A DNA stretch of 63,872 bases, counting the filler. It is 4 parts of 4 records of this genome, joined end to end, with 100 filler letters (N's around TTAATTAATTAA, not from the genome) between each part and the next. Parts side by side here need not be neighbours in the genome. Positions count along the whole stretch, not along the records: positions 1 to 22,357 come from SRR20825010_106; 3 more parts are not named here. The stretch is one strand, 5' to 3'. This document shows, piece after piece, positions 1-10,310 of the stretch. The notes beneath the pieces were generated by a model. That model was given only the letters and a program-made list of their open reading frames with translations, did not search any database and was not told the origin of the DNA. The position numbers and the translations under genes are program-made. How positions within the stretch are numbered: the first letter of the stretch is position 1; each line of letters begins with the position of its first letter.

Positions 1-119
1 TTTAGGACAAGTTCCTGTTAAAATGCTGTAGAGTTTGTTTCCTTTTTTTAACATTTGCAAAAAGTTTCTACAAAATTACATTTTTGTAGCATTAATTAGT
101 GTAACAATAGTCACCGAAT

Positions 120-2036
120 ATGCTTAATATCCACAATCTCTCCGTTTCTTTTGGAGGAGAATATCTGTTTGAAGAAATATCTTTCCGTTTAAATTCCGGG
201 GATCGAGTTGGTCTAATAGGAAAAAATGGAGCAGGGAAATCTACGCTTTTGAAAATTTTATCAAAGGATATGCCCATAGATTCGGGTACTATAGCCTCTG
301 ATAAGGATCTTAAAATGGGATTTTTGAGACAGGATATCGATTTTGATCTAGGTAGGACGGTGCAGGAAGAGGCGCATCAGGCCTTTGAGGAAATAAAAGC
401 TTTGGAGTTGAGGTTGGACGAGATTAACCATCAGTTGGCAGAACGTACCGACTATGAAAGTGAGGCCTATAATCAATTAATTATAGACTTGAACGATGTA
501 ACCCATCATTATGAGATATTGGGAGGGTACAACTATCAGGGCGAAACCGAAAAAGTATTGTTGGGTCTGGGTTTTAAACGTGAGGATTTTGATCGTAAAA
601 CAGAAACCTTTTCCGGAGGTTGGAGGATGCGGATAGAATTGGCAAAACTTTTGTTACAGAGCAATGACGTGCTCTTGTTGGATGAGCCAACGAACCACCT
701 GGATATAGAATCAATAATTTGGTTGGAAAATTTCCTGAAGAATTATCCAGGGGGTGTAATGATAGTCTCCCACGATAAGATGTTTTTGGATAATGTTACC
801 AATAGGACTATTGAAATTTCATTGGGAAGGATATATGATTACAATAAGCCCTACTCCAAATATTTGGTACTAAGGAACGAAATAAAGCAACAGCAGCTAA
901 ATGCCCAGAAAAACCAAGAGAAGGAAATACAGCAGGCGGAAAGGCTGATTGAAAAGTTCAGGGCCAAATCCACAAAGGCTTCCATGGCACAGTCCCTGAT
1001 CAAGAAGCTCGATAAAATGGAGCGGATAGAGGTTGATGAGGATGACAATAGTGTAATGAACCTAAGATTTCAAATTTCCGTAACCCCTGGTAAAGTTGTA
1101 ACAGAAATAGAAGGTCTGTCCAAGAGTTATGGGGATAACCATGTTTTAAAGAAAATAGACCTATTGATAGAGCGCGACTCCAAGACGGCTTTTGTTGGAC
1201 AAAATGGGCAAGGGAAATCCACTCTCGCTAAAATAATGGTGGGAGATTTGGATCATAAGGGGCATCTAAAATTAGGGCATAATGTTCAAATCGGTTATTT
1301 CGCTCAAAATCAGGCAGAATATTTGGATGGGGAAAAGACTATTTTGGATACCATGATAGATGCGGCCAATGAAAAGAACAGAAGTAAAGTTAGGGACATA
1401 TTAGGGTCTTTTTTATTTAGGGGCGATGAGGTGGAGAAATATGTAAAAGTACTATCCGGAGGTGAGCGGAATAGATTGGCCCTTGCTAAAATGTTACTAC
1501 AGCCCTTTAATGTTTTGGTTATGGATGAGCCAACAAACCATTTGGACATTAAATCCAAGAATGTGCTTAAGCAGGCCCTTCAGAATTTTGATGGAACATT
1601 GATATTGGTGAGTCACGATAGGGATTTTTTGCAAGGCCTTACCAACAAGGTATATGAATTTAAGGATGGTAGCATCAAAGAATATCTTGGGGATATCGAT
1701 TTCTATTTGGAACAGAGGAAAGTTGATGATTTCAGGGCTATAGAAAAGAAGCAAACAGTAGTTCAGAAAAAAGAAAAACCCCAGGAGAAACACATCGATT
1801 TCGAAGATCAAAAAAAGATAAAATCCTTAAAAAATAGGCTCAGTTCAACGGAAAGTGACATTGCCAGCTTAGAAAAAGAGATAGCTGCAATTGATCATGA
1901 CCTACTTATGAATTATGATGCAACAATTGCAAAGGCCAATTTTTTCGATTCCTATCAAAAGAAAAAAAAGAACCTCGAAAGCCTAATGAAAACTTGGGAA
2001 AATATCACTTTGGAACTCGAAGAAATCTCTTTGTAG
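120..2036 (+). CDS. ABC-F family ATP-binding protein (ribosome-associated, YheS/Uup-like)
   Basis: Two ABC domains (GKNGAGKST, FSGGW, LLLDEPTNHLD; GQNGQGKST, LSGGE, MDEPTNHLD), a helical inter-domain linker, a C-terminal coiled coil and no TM helices. Confidence 0.93.
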   Translation: MLNIHNLSVSFGGEYLFEEISFRLNSGDRVGLIGKNGAGKSTLLKILSKDMPIDSGTIASDKDLKMGFLRQDIDFDLGRTVQEEAHQAFEEIKALELRLDEINHQLAERTDYESEAYNQLIIDLNDVTHHYEILGGYNYQGETEKVLLGLGFKREDFDRKTETFSGGWRMRIELAKLLLQSNDVLLLDEPTNHLDIESIIWLENFLKNYPGGVMIVSHDKMFLDNVTNRTIEISLGRIYDYNKPYSKYLVLRNEIKQQQLNAQKNQEKEIQQAERLIEKFRAKSTKASMAQSLIKKLDKMERIEVDEDDNSVMNLRFQISVTPGKVVTEIEGLSKSYGDNHVLKKIDLLIERDSKTAFVGQNGQGKSTLAKIMVGDLDHKGHLKLGHNVQIGYFAQNQAEYLDGEKTILDTMIDAANEKNRSKVRDILGSFLFRGDEVEKYVKVLSGGERNRLALAKMLLQPFNVLVMDEPTNHLDIKSKNVLKQALQNFDGTLILVSHDRDFLQGLTNKVYEFKDGSIKEYLGDIDFYLEQRKVDDFRAIEKKQTVVQKKEKPQEKHIDFEDQKKIKSLKNRLSSTESDIASLEKEIAAIDHDLLMNYDATIAKANFFDSYQKKKKNLESLMKTWENITLELEEISL

Positions 2037-2201
2037 GAAATAAATCCAAGTGGTTGAATTTCTCTCACCACAACTTTTGGCACTTTCACAACAAATATGG
2101 GCCTTTCTAGCTTTTTTCATCGAGTATTTTTGCTGTTTGTCGGACAATAACCTTATTTTGTAGGGTAATTCTTATTCCTTATTTAGGATAAAAGTGAAAA
2201 T

Positions 2202-3080
2202 ATGAGAAAAAGCATGTTTATGCTATTCATGGTTATAATTGGGCAATTTTTGTCCGGGCAGGTTTCTGATCTGGAAAAAAATGCGCTTATAGACCTCTAT
2301 AACAGTGCTAAGGGCGATAACTGGACCAAGGGGTGGGATCTGAATGCCCCGGTTTCTAGCTGGGAGGGTATTACCCTAGAGAACAATAAGGTGGTATCCG
2401 TTAATTTAATGAATAACAATCTTAGGGGGAGCATACCAAATTCCATAGGCGACCTAAAGAATTTAAAGGTATTGAACCTTGCTCTAAATAATATTGGAGG
2501 GAGTATTCCGGAAAGTATAACGGAATTAAGAAAATTGGTTGTACTTAGGTTGGGTAAAAACAAGATAACAGGAGGGATACCTAAAAATATTGGGAGTCTG
2601 GAAAAACTTCTTGTACTGGATCTGTTTTATAATGACCTTTCTGGAGAATTGCCCCAAAGCATGAGTGAGATTAAAAGGCTAAGGGTAATATTGCTTTCCC
2701 ATAACGGATTAAGTGGTTCTATTCCTTTGACCTATGGAAATTTAAAATATTTAGAACGTTTGGAGTTGGGCGATAACAATTTTAGTGGTGAAGTGCCAGA
2801 GAGTCTGGAAAACCTGACCAATCTAAAAATGCTTGTTTTGGCGGAGAACCGATTCCGTGGAGAATTCCCTGAGGATATCTTGAGCCTTCCCAATCTAAAA
2901 TTGGTACAACTTCAAAATAATAGATTTGGCGGAAATGATTTCAGCAACGATGCAGCCAATAATAATTTTGCCCTTTTTGATTTTGATGGAGGTAATCACA
3001 GAAACTTTGATCTTAATAAAATAAATAGTAATAAGGACGTTAGAACGGCTGATACCAGATTTGAGGATAGTTTTAATTAA
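2202..3080 (+). CDS. Secreted leucine-rich repeat protein (plant-type 24-aa LRR)
   Basis: Signal peptide; N-cap ALIDLYNSAKGDNW...WEGIT; repeats LxxLxLxxNxLsGxIPxsigxL; C-terminal RTADTRFED. Confidence 0.9.
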   Translation: MRKSMFMLFMVIIGQFLSGQVSDLEKNALIDLYNSAKGDNWTKGWDLNAPVSSWEGITLENNKVVSVNLMNNNLRGSIPNSIGDLKNLKVLNLALNNIGGSIPESITELRKLVVLRLGKNKITGGIPKNIGSLEKLLVLDLFYNDLSGELPQSMSEIKRLRVILLSHNGLSGSIPLTYGNLKYLERLELGDNNFSGEVPESLENLTNLKMLVLAENRFRGEFPEDILSLPNLKLVQLQNNRFGGNDFSNDAANNNFALFDFDGGNHRNFDLNKINSNKDVRTADTRFEDSFN

Positions 3081-3086
3081 AAGATT

Positions 3087-3998
3087 ATGTATATGATACA
3101 ACAAAAATTACAAAGAGCGTGCTTTTTTGGAGTGATTGTATTTTGTATAGTATTTGCCACTGCGGCAAATGCCATGGTTCCAAAAAGCGAAAAAAACGTG
3201 TTATTGGAACTTTACAAAAGCACCCAAGGCCAAAAATGGAATACTACATGGGATGTTAATGCCCCTGTTGACACCTGGTTTGGTGTGACGGTCCAGAACG
3301 GGCATGTGGTGGATATTAACCTTTTTAGGAATAACCTTGTAGGGAGCCTACCAGAAAGTATAGGGGATTTGAAGCACTTGGTAAATCTAAACCTTGCCTT
3401 CAATACCATAAGTGGGGAAATACCGAAAAGTATAGCCCAGTTAAGTAAATTGGAGGTGTTGAAACTGGAGATGAACAGGTTGGAGGGTGAAATACCATCA
3501 GAAATTGGGAATATGAAATCCTTGGTTAAACTTTCTGCCTTCAATAACTTCTTAAGTGGAAGAATACCCGAAAGTCTTGGAGATATTCAAACATTAAAGG
3601 AGCTTAATTTGTCCAGCAATGAACTTACAGGGCGCATACCTAACTCTTTGGGAGAACTTTCAAAATTGGAGAGTCTGGGACTTTTTGAAAATAAATTGTA
3701 CGGTTCTATCCCTGGTGAATTGGGCAAATTGGGACAATTAAAAGAGCTGGTACTGGCAAATAATGAACTTGGCGGGGAAATTCCCAAAGAGTTTGGGCAA
3801 TTGGGCAGCCTTAAGGTCCTTCAAATTCAGAATAACAATATTTTCTCTTTTGATAATATGGAAGGCATGAATTCCGGTCAGTTCCTTGTCTTTGATTACG
3901 ATAAGGTAGAAGTAGAAAAAGAAAATAAGTATAAGGATTTTGATGTCATTAAAACAAGAATGGCAGATACGAAGTTTGAGGATGAAATGGAGGAATAG
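3087..3998 (+). CDS. Secreted leucine-rich repeat protein (plant-type LRR), paralog of the upstream gene
   Basis: Signal peptide ending ANA; same N-cap and GxIP LRR repeats; C-terminal RMADTKFED. Confidence 0.9.
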   Translation: MYMIQQKLQRACFFGVIVFCIVFATAANAMVPKSEKNVLLELYKSTQGQKWNTTWDVNAPVDTWFGVTVQNGHVVDINLFRNNLVGSLPESIGDLKHLVNLNLAFNTISGEIPKSIAQLSKLEVLKLEMNRLEGEIPSEIGNMKSLVKLSAFNNFLSGRIPESLGDIQTLKELNLSSNELTGRIPNSLGELSKLESLGLFENKLYGSIPGELGKLGQLKELVLANNELGGEIPKEFGQLGSLKVLQIQNNNIFSFDNMEGMNSGQFLVFDYDKVEVEKENKYKDFDVIKTRMADTKFEDEMEE

Positions 3999-4029
3999 TA
4001 ATTACTTAAAAATAAGTTGGTTTGGTTAG

Positions 4030-4059
4030 AAGGAATACAATTTGTATTCCTTTTTTTTT
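4030..4059 (+). terminator. Rho-independent terminator after the LRR pair
   Basis: AAGGAATACAA-T-TTGTATTCCTT inverted repeat running into a T9 tract. Confidence 0.85.
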
Positions 4060-4121
4060 GGATTAATGCCGTATTTCGGAACTTTAAGATACATTTAACA
4101 AGTATCCCTTAAACTAATAGA

Positions 4122-4129
4122 TAGTTTTG
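4122..4129 (+). promoter_or_regulatory. Bacteroidota -7 promoter element for the RND operon
   Basis: TAGTTTTG matches TAnnTTTG, 26 nt before the ATG. Confidence 0.55.
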
Positions 4130-4155
4130 CAGTCAAACCAACTTATAAACCCTAT

Positions 4156-5292
4156 ATGAATTCTAGAAAAATTGCATTATCTATTATTGGGGGCCTCCTA
4201 ATAATAGGCTCCTTTTTTGGTGCAAAATATATTGTCAATAGTAAGACTACTCCAAAGCCACGACCAGAGAAGGTGGTGAAAACGGTTATGGTTGAGACGG
4301 TCAAGAATGGTAATGTGCCAATTATTGTTCCGGCAAACGGAAATCTTGTAGCCAAAAGAAGGGTGGAGCTCTATGCTGAAGTCCAAGGGGTTTTTAAATC
4401 TGGGAACAAACTATTTAAACCAGGACAGGAATATAGGGCGGGAGAAATACTTATAAGGATAGACGCTGCTGAATATTACGCCAACGTTCAATCCTCCAAA
4501 AGTAATTTATACAATTTAATCACTTCCATAATGCCCGATCTTAGATTGGACTATCCGGAGGTATTTGATAAATGGCAATCCTTTCTGGCCAATTTTGATA
4601 TAAATAAAAGTGTTCCTCCCCTTCCGGAAATGAATACGGACAAAGAAAAATATTTTATTTCCGGGCGAGGTATATTGACCAATTACTACACTATAAAAAA
4701 TTTAGAGCAACGTTTGGCCAAGTATACTATTGCGGCACCTTTTAATGGGGTTTTGACCGAAGCATTGGTCACAGAGGGTACCTTGGTCAGGTCTGGGCAA
4801 AAATTGGGAGAATTTATCAATACCAATGATTACGAATTGGAAGTCGCTATTAGCAAGACCTACAGCGATCTATTGAATGTTGGTGAGGTAGTGCAGTTAA
4901 AAAGTATTGATAATAACAAAACCTATCAAGGGAAAGTTACGAGAATTAACGGTCGGGTAGATCTGGCTTCCCAGACCATTACGGCTTTTATAGAGGTGAA
5001 GGATCCGGACCTAAGGGAAGGGATGTACCTAGAGGCCCATCTAAAAGCCAAGGAAGAGCCAGATGCCATTGAAATAAACAGAAGTTTATTGCTAGAAACC
5101 GAACAAATATATGTCGTCAGGGACTCAGTTTTGGATTTGATACCCGTGAAACCGGTTTATTTTTCGGATAACAAAGTAGTATTAAAAGATGTGCCAGACG
5201 GAATAACAATTCTATCCAAACCGGTAATGGGAGCCTATGCTGGAATGTTGGTAAAAGTATATAATGGCCAAGTAACCAACAATCAAAACTAA
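4156..5292 (+). CDS. RND efflux periplasmic adaptor (membrane fusion protein)
   Basis: N-terminal TM anchor; lipoyl-like halves (VELYAEVQG... / TIAAPFNGV); directly precedes an AcrB-family gene. Confidence 0.9.
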   Translation: MNSRKIALSIIGGLLIIGSFFGAKYIVNSKTTPKPRPEKVVKTVMVETVKNGNVPIIVPANGNLVAKRRVELYAEVQGVFKSGNKLFKPGQEYRAGEILIRIDAAEYYANVQSSKSNLYNLITSIMPDLRLDYPEVFDKWQSFLANFDINKSVPPLPEMNTDKEKYFISGRGILTNYYTIKNLEQRLAKYTIAAPFNGVLTEALVTEGTLVRSGQKLGEFINTNDYELEVAISKTYSDLLNVGEVVQLKSIDNNKTYQGKVTRINGRVDLASQTITAFIEVKDPDLREGMYLEAHLKAKEEPDAIEINRSLLLETEQIYVVRDSVLDLIPVKPVYFSDNKVVLKDVPDGITILSKPVMGAYAGMLVKVYNGQVTNNQN

Positions 5293-8200
5293 TGAGGAAT
5301 ATAATAGCCTATTTTATAAAGTACCATGTGGCCGTAAATGTCATAATTGTGGCTTTCATTATTTTTGGTGTAGTAGGGGCGTTATCATTAAAATCTTCAT
5401 ATTTCCCACTTACCGATTCCAAAAACATTAGCATAAATGTAACCTATCCGGGTGCTTCCCCACAAGAAGTGGAGGAAGGTATTGTTCTTAAGATAGAGGA
5501 TAACCTAAAAGGTTTGGAGGGTGTGGACCGGGTTACTTCCACTTCAAGGGAAAACAGCGGTATTATAAATGTTGAGATAGAGAAGGGCAGGGATATAGAC
5601 TTTATGCTCTTGGAAGTTAAAAATGCCGTTGATAGGGTGCCTTCGTTCCCAACGGGTATGGAGCCTTTGGTGGTCTCCAAGTTGGAGGCGGTAAGACAGA
5701 CCATTAGTTTTGCCATAAGTGGTGAAAATATAAGTTTGTCTGCATTGAAGCAGATAGGCAGGCAGGTGGAGAACGATATTAGGGCTATGGAGGGCATCTC
5801 CCAGATCGGAATTACCGGATATCCTGCTGAGGAAATAGAGATTGCGGTGAACGAGAATAGCCTTTTGGCTTATAATGTGTCATTTGACGAGGTAGCCCAA
5901 GCCGTCTCTAATGCCAATATTTTGGTTACCGGGGGTAATATTAAGACTAATGCGGAGGAATTTTTGATCAGGGCCAACAATAGGTCGTATTATGGAAATG
6001 AATTATCAAATGTCATCGTCCGGGCCAATGCGTCCGGACAAACAGTACGCCTCAAGGATGTGGCAGTCATAAGGGATCGGTTTTCGGAAACGCCCAATGC
6101 TACTTATTTTAATGGAAATCTAGCTGTAAATATTGATATCACAAGTACCAATACGGAAGATTTAATAACATCATCCGAAAAGGTAAAGGAATATATAGAG
6201 GAGTATAATCAAAAACATAACAACGTAAAATTGAGTGTGGTCAGTGATCAGTCCGTTACACTAACACAACGTACTCAATTGTTGACCGAAAATGCGATTA
6301 TGGGGATGATTTTGGTACTCATCTTCCTTTCGCTGTTTCTTAATACCAGATTGGCGTTTTGGGTGGCCTTTGGCTTACCAGTAGCATTTTTGGGAATGTT
6401 TGTTTTTGCCGGATTCTTTGATGTAACCATCAATGTTTTGTCCCTTTTTGGAATGATTATCGTAATCGGTATTTTGGTAGATGACGGTATTGTAATCGCC
6501 GAAAACATTTATCAGAACTACGAAAAAGGAAAGCCCCCTATTCAGGCCGCGGTTGATGGTGTTATGGAGGTACTGCCTCCAATTATTTCGGCCATCATTA
6601 CTACCATATTGGCATTTTCTATTTTCCTGTTCTTAGATAGTAGGATCGGCGAATTTTTTGGTGAGGTATCCGTAATCGTGATTCTTACTTTGGTGGTTTC
6701 CTTGGTGGAGGCCTTGATTATTCTACCTGCCCATTTGGCCCATTCAAAAGCTTTACAGCCCTTGGACAATAAGCCTAAAAAGGGAATAGCTAAGGTGTTT
6801 GCAAAATTAAGGGTCATCAATGAATGGGGAGATAAACTTATGGTATGGATGAGGGATAAACTATATGGCCCCGTTCTGCGTTTTTCGCTCCGCTATAAAA
6901 TTCTGATGTTTTCCATATTCGTAATGTTACTGTTTTTAAGTTTCGGTTCCATTGGGGGTGGAATAATCAGAACTGCGTTTTTTCCACGGGTGGCAAGTGA
7001 TCGGGTATCCGTAGACTTGCTTATGCCGAATGGGACCCATGAAAGGGTAACCGATTCCATAATTAGCCTAATTGAGGAAAAGGCCAAAATTGTGGATCAG
7101 GAGCTAACGGAAAAATACTTAAAGGGTACTGGTAAAAAGCTTTTTGAAAACATGATTAGGAAAGTAGGGCCCGGCTCCTCCACGGCCTCGCTGGACATTA
7201 ATCTTTTGCCTGGGGAAGAAAGGCCAGACGAGATACGGTCGGATTTGATTACCAATAGATTGCAGGAACTGGTAGGTCCTGTTATTGGGGTAGAAAGTCT
7301 CATCTATGGTTCTGGGGGTAATTTTGGGGGTAGCCCTGTTTCTGTTTCCCTATTGGGCAATAATATTGTGGAATTAAAAGAGGCCAAAAAGGAGCTTAAA
7401 GCTATTTTGCAGAACAATGCCCTTTTAAAGGATGTTGCGGACAATGATCCTGCAGGAATAAAGGAAATACGGCTGGAGCTGAAGGAGAATGCCTATTTAA
7501 TGGGGCTGGATCTTAGAAGTGTTATGAATCAGGTGCGTGCAGGATTTTTTGGGGCCCAGGCGCAACGTTTTCAACGGGGACAGGATGAAATCCGGGTCTG
7601 GGTGCGTTACGACCGCTCCGATCGCTCGTCCATCAACGATTTGGACGATATGAGGATTAGTACTCCCAGTGGAAGTAAGGTACCCTTAAAGGAAATTGCA
7701 AGTTACGTTATAGTGCGGGGAGATGTGGCTATTAACCATTTGGAGGGTCAGCGCGAAATTCAGGTTTCTGCTGATATTAAAGATGATAAGACTACCAGTG
7801 CCACCGATATTATGAATGAAATAAGGACGGTTATTATGCCGGATATCCACTCTAGGTATCCTACTGTAACTGCATCCTATGAAGGGCAGAACAGAGAAAC
7901 CCAAAAGCTTTTTGGGTCTTTAAAATTTGTGGGCCTTTCCGTTTTGCTGTTGATCTATATTACTATAGCCTTTACCTTCAGGAGTTTTAGTCAACCTCTG
8001 CTCTTGATTATTTTGGTGCCTTTTAGTATCACCGCCGTGGCCTGGGGCCACTGGATCCATGATTTTCCTATCAACGTTTTGTCCATGTTGGGGATTATTG
8101 CCTTAATAGGAATTATGGTAAATGATGGCTTGGTGCTTATTGGAAAATTTAATGGTAATCTTAGGGAAGGAATGAAGTTTGATGATGCCATTTATGAAGC

Positions 8201-8591
8201 CGGTAAATCTAGGTTTAGGGCTATATTTCTTACATCCATTACGACTATTGCCGGTTTGGCACCTTTGTTATTGGAAAAAAGTCGACAAGCACAATTTTTG
8301 AAACCCATGGCTATATCCATTGCCTATGGAATTGGGTATGCGACCGTATTGACCTTATTGATGCTGCCTTTGTTTTTGGCCTTTAGCAATAAAATGAAAG
8401 TTGGTACCAAATGGTTGATCACTGGAAAAAAAGTGACCAAAGAAGAAGTTGAACGGGCAATAAAGGAACAAATGGAAGAAAGCCATATGCAAAATTTTGA
8501 AAAACATGAGCAGAATGGTCATTCTCCGGAAATATCAACTTCGTTAGAGGATGACATCGCAATATCTAACGAATTGGAAGACAAGAATTAA
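5292..8591 (+). CDS. RND efflux permease (AcrB/AcrD/AcrF family)
   Basis: 1099 aa; YPGASPQEVE; TM4 GILVDDGIVIAEN; GIMVNDGLVL; SRFRAIFLTSITT. Confidence 0.95.
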   Translation: MRNIIAYFIKYHVAVNVIIVAFIIFGVVGALSLKSSYFPLTDSKNISINVTYPGASPQEVEEGIVLKIEDNLKGLEGVDRVTSTSRENSGIINVEIEKGRDIDFMLLEVKNAVDRVPSFPTGMEPLVVSKLEAVRQTISFAISGENISLSALKQIGRQVENDIRAMEGISQIGITGYPAEEIEIAVNENSLLAYNVSFDEVAQAVSNANILVTGGNIKTNAEEFLIRANNRSYYGNELSNVIVRANASGQTVRLKDVAVIRDRFSETPNATYFNGNLAVNIDITSTNTEDLITSSEKVKEYIEEYNQKHNNVKLSVVSDQSVTLTQRTQLLTENAIMGMILVLIFLSLFLNTRLAFWVAFGLPVAFLGMFVFAGFFDVTINVLSLFGMIIVIGILVDDGIVIAENIYQNYEKGKPPIQAAVDGVMEVLPPIISAIITTILAFSIFLFLDSRIGEFFGEVSVIVILTLVVSLVEALIILPAHLAHSKALQPLDNKPKKGIAKVFAKLRVINEWGDKLMVWMRDKLYGPVLRFSLRYKILMFSIFVMLLFLSFGSIGGGIIRTAFFPRVASDRVSVDLLMPNGTHERVTDSIISLIEEKAKIVDQELTEKYLKGTGKKLFENMIRKVGPGSSTASLDINLLPGEERPDEIRSDLITNRLQELVGPVIGVESLIYGSGGNFGGSPVSVSLLGNNIVELKEAKKELKAILQNNALLKDVADNDPAGIKEIRLELKENAYLMGLDLRSVMNQVRAGFFGAQAQRFQRGQDEIRVWVRYDRSDRSSINDLDDMRISTPSGSKVPLKEIASYVIVRGDVAINHLEGQREIQVSADIKDDKTTSATDIMNEIRTVIMPDIHSRYPTVTASYEGQNRETQKLFGSLKFVGLSVLLLIYITIAFTFRSFSQPLLLIILVPFSITAVAWGHWIHDFPINVLSMLGIIALIGIMVNDGLVLIGKFNGNLREGMKFDDAIYEAGKSRFRAIFLTSITTIAGLAPLLLEKSRQAQFLKPMAISIAYGIGYATVLTLLMLPLFLAFSNKMKVGTKWLITGKKVTKEEVERAIKEQMEESHMQNFEKHEQNGHSPEISTSLEDDIAISNELEDKN

Positions 8592-9956
8592 ATGGGATAT
8601 AAATATATAATCGCAGGCCTGCTAATTGGTTTTTGCGGAGTTGTAAGTGCTCAGGAGAGGTTATTGTCCAAAGATGCAGCTGTATCATTGGCCTTGGAAA
8701 ACAATTTTGGAATTAAGGTTGCCAAAAATCAGGTGGCCATTGCGGATAATAATGCGGGTATCCTCAACTCTGGTTACTTGCCTTCCCTTACGGGTACAGC
8801 TGGTGCCACGTATAACGAATTGAACAGTAATACGGAGTACCCTGGTCAATTTGAATCCAATGGGAGCCCCAGGCCAGATTTGGAGATCAATGATGCTGAA
8901 TCACAATCCTACAATGCCGCTCTTCGTTTAGACTATACGCTGTTTGATGGTATGGGCAGACTCTATAATTTTAAGCGATTAAAAGAGCAGTATCAATTAT
9001 CAGAATTACAAGCTAGGGAAACCATAGAAAATACTATTCTCCAATTATTTAGTGTGTATTATGAAATTGCCAGGCTCACCGAAAACGAGAATGTTCTAAG
9101 GCAGGCCTTGGAAATTTCCAAAGACCGGATCAAAAGGGCGGAATATTCCTTTGAATATGGACAGAATACAAAATTGGATATCCTTAATGCCCAGGTAGAT
9201 GTTACCAATGATAGTATTAGTTTAATGAACGTTCAGCAGAACTTGGCCAATGCAAAAAGGGATTTAAATGTGGTTCTCGATCAAAATCTCAATGAAATAT
9301 TCGTAGTGGATACCTTGGTGAGTTTTATTCCTAAATTACAGTTGGAGGATTATATTGCCCAATCGAAAGAAAACAATGTGGCCATACTTCAAACAGAGCG
9401 CAATATGGCCATAAACGAGTATGATATTAAGGTCAACAGATCTGGATATCTGCCTACTTTGGGGCTAAGCGGTAGCTATGGGTGGAATTTGAACCAAAGT
9501 GCTGCCACCTCATTTCTTCCGGGACAAATTATACCTGGAAGCAATAGGAACAGTTTAAATTTTGCATTGGGGGCCAGTCTTACATGGAATTTGTTCGATG
9601 GTGGCGGTACAACCGTAAGGGTTAAAAATGCCAAAATAGCCTATGAAAATCAGGAAATATTTAAGGAACAGGTAATACTTGAAGTGGATAGGGATATTTT
9701 AAATGCCTTGGGGATCTATGAGAACAGGTTACAGATATTTAAAATCCAAGAACAGAACGTAGTGACCAACCAAAATAATTTTGAGCGGTCCAAGGAGCAA
9801 TTTCAATTGGGACGTATAACATCCATAGAATTTAGGCAGGCACAAATAAACTTGCTCAACGCCCAGACCAATAAGAATTTGGCCAAATACGATGCCAAGT
9901 TGGCCGAATTACAGCTGTTACAATTAACAGGACAGTTGTTATCGGTAGAATTTTAA
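8592..9956 (+). CDS. TolC-family outer membrane factor
   Basis: Signal peptide; ALENN; two OEP halves (GYLPSL / GYLPTL, LFDG); TAA-ATG junction with the RND gene. Confidence 0.92.
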   Translation: MGYKYIIAGLLIGFCGVVSAQERLLSKDAAVSLALENNFGIKVAKNQVAIADNNAGILNSGYLPSLTGTAGATYNELNSNTEYPGQFESNGSPRPDLEINDAESQSYNAALRLDYTLFDGMGRLYNFKRLKEQYQLSELQARETIENTILQLFSVYYEIARLTENENVLRQALEISKDRIKRAEYSFEYGQNTKLDILNAQVDVTNDSISLMNVQQNLANAKRDLNVVLDQNLNEIFVVDTLVSFIPKLQLEDYIAQSKENNVAILQTERNMAINEYDIKVNRSGYLPTLGLSGSYGWNLNQSAATSFLPGQIIPGSNRNSLNFALGASLTWNLFDGGGTTVRVKNAKIAYENQEIFKEQVILEVDRDILNALGIYENRLQIFKIQEQNVVTNQNNFERSKEQFQLGRITSIEFRQAQINLLNAQTNKNLAKYDAKLAELQLLQLTGQLLSVEF

Positions 9957-10033
9957 TCCAATTATATTCATTTCCAATTGGAGCAAAGCTCTCATTAATA
10001 GCTAGAAAGTTTAAGTAATTAAACTATTGATTC

Positions 10034-10216
10034 ATGTACGAACACTTCTTTCAGTGTCCCTATTGCTGGGAAGAAATATCCATGCTGTTGGATCCTTCCA
10101 TTTCCCGACAGACCTATGTGGAAGATTGTGAGGTTTGTTGTAATCCTATCTCGGTTACACCGGTTTTTGACGAGGGGGAGCTAATTGCATTTGAGGCTTT
10201 GGATATTGGCCAGTAA
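10034..10216 (+). CDS. CPXCG-motif cysteine-rich small protein
   Basis: QCPYCWE ... [12 protein letters not shown], the signature of this family. Confidence 0.88.
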   Translation: MYEHFFQCPYCWEEISMLLDPSISRQTYVEDCEVCCNPISVTPVFDEGELIAFEALDIGQ

Positions 10217-10241
10217 TATGTTCGGCAGACCGATTTCCTTT

Positions 10242-10281
10242 AAAAAAAAGACAGTCTAAAAATGTTGGTTTTTAAACTGTC
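10242..10281 (-). terminator. Probable terminator of the M16 peptidase gene (between convergent genes)
   Basis: GACAGTCTAAAAA...TTTTTAAACTGTC imperfect stem with an A8 tract on + (T-tract on -). Confidence 0.6.
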
Positions 10282-10310
10282 CAATTAGAAGCAGGTAAAA
10301 TAGTTTATGC

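Noticed and set aside
120-2036. Antibiotic-resistance ABC-F
   Set aside because: Looks like a housekeeping ABC-F; no mobile context or leader peptide seen
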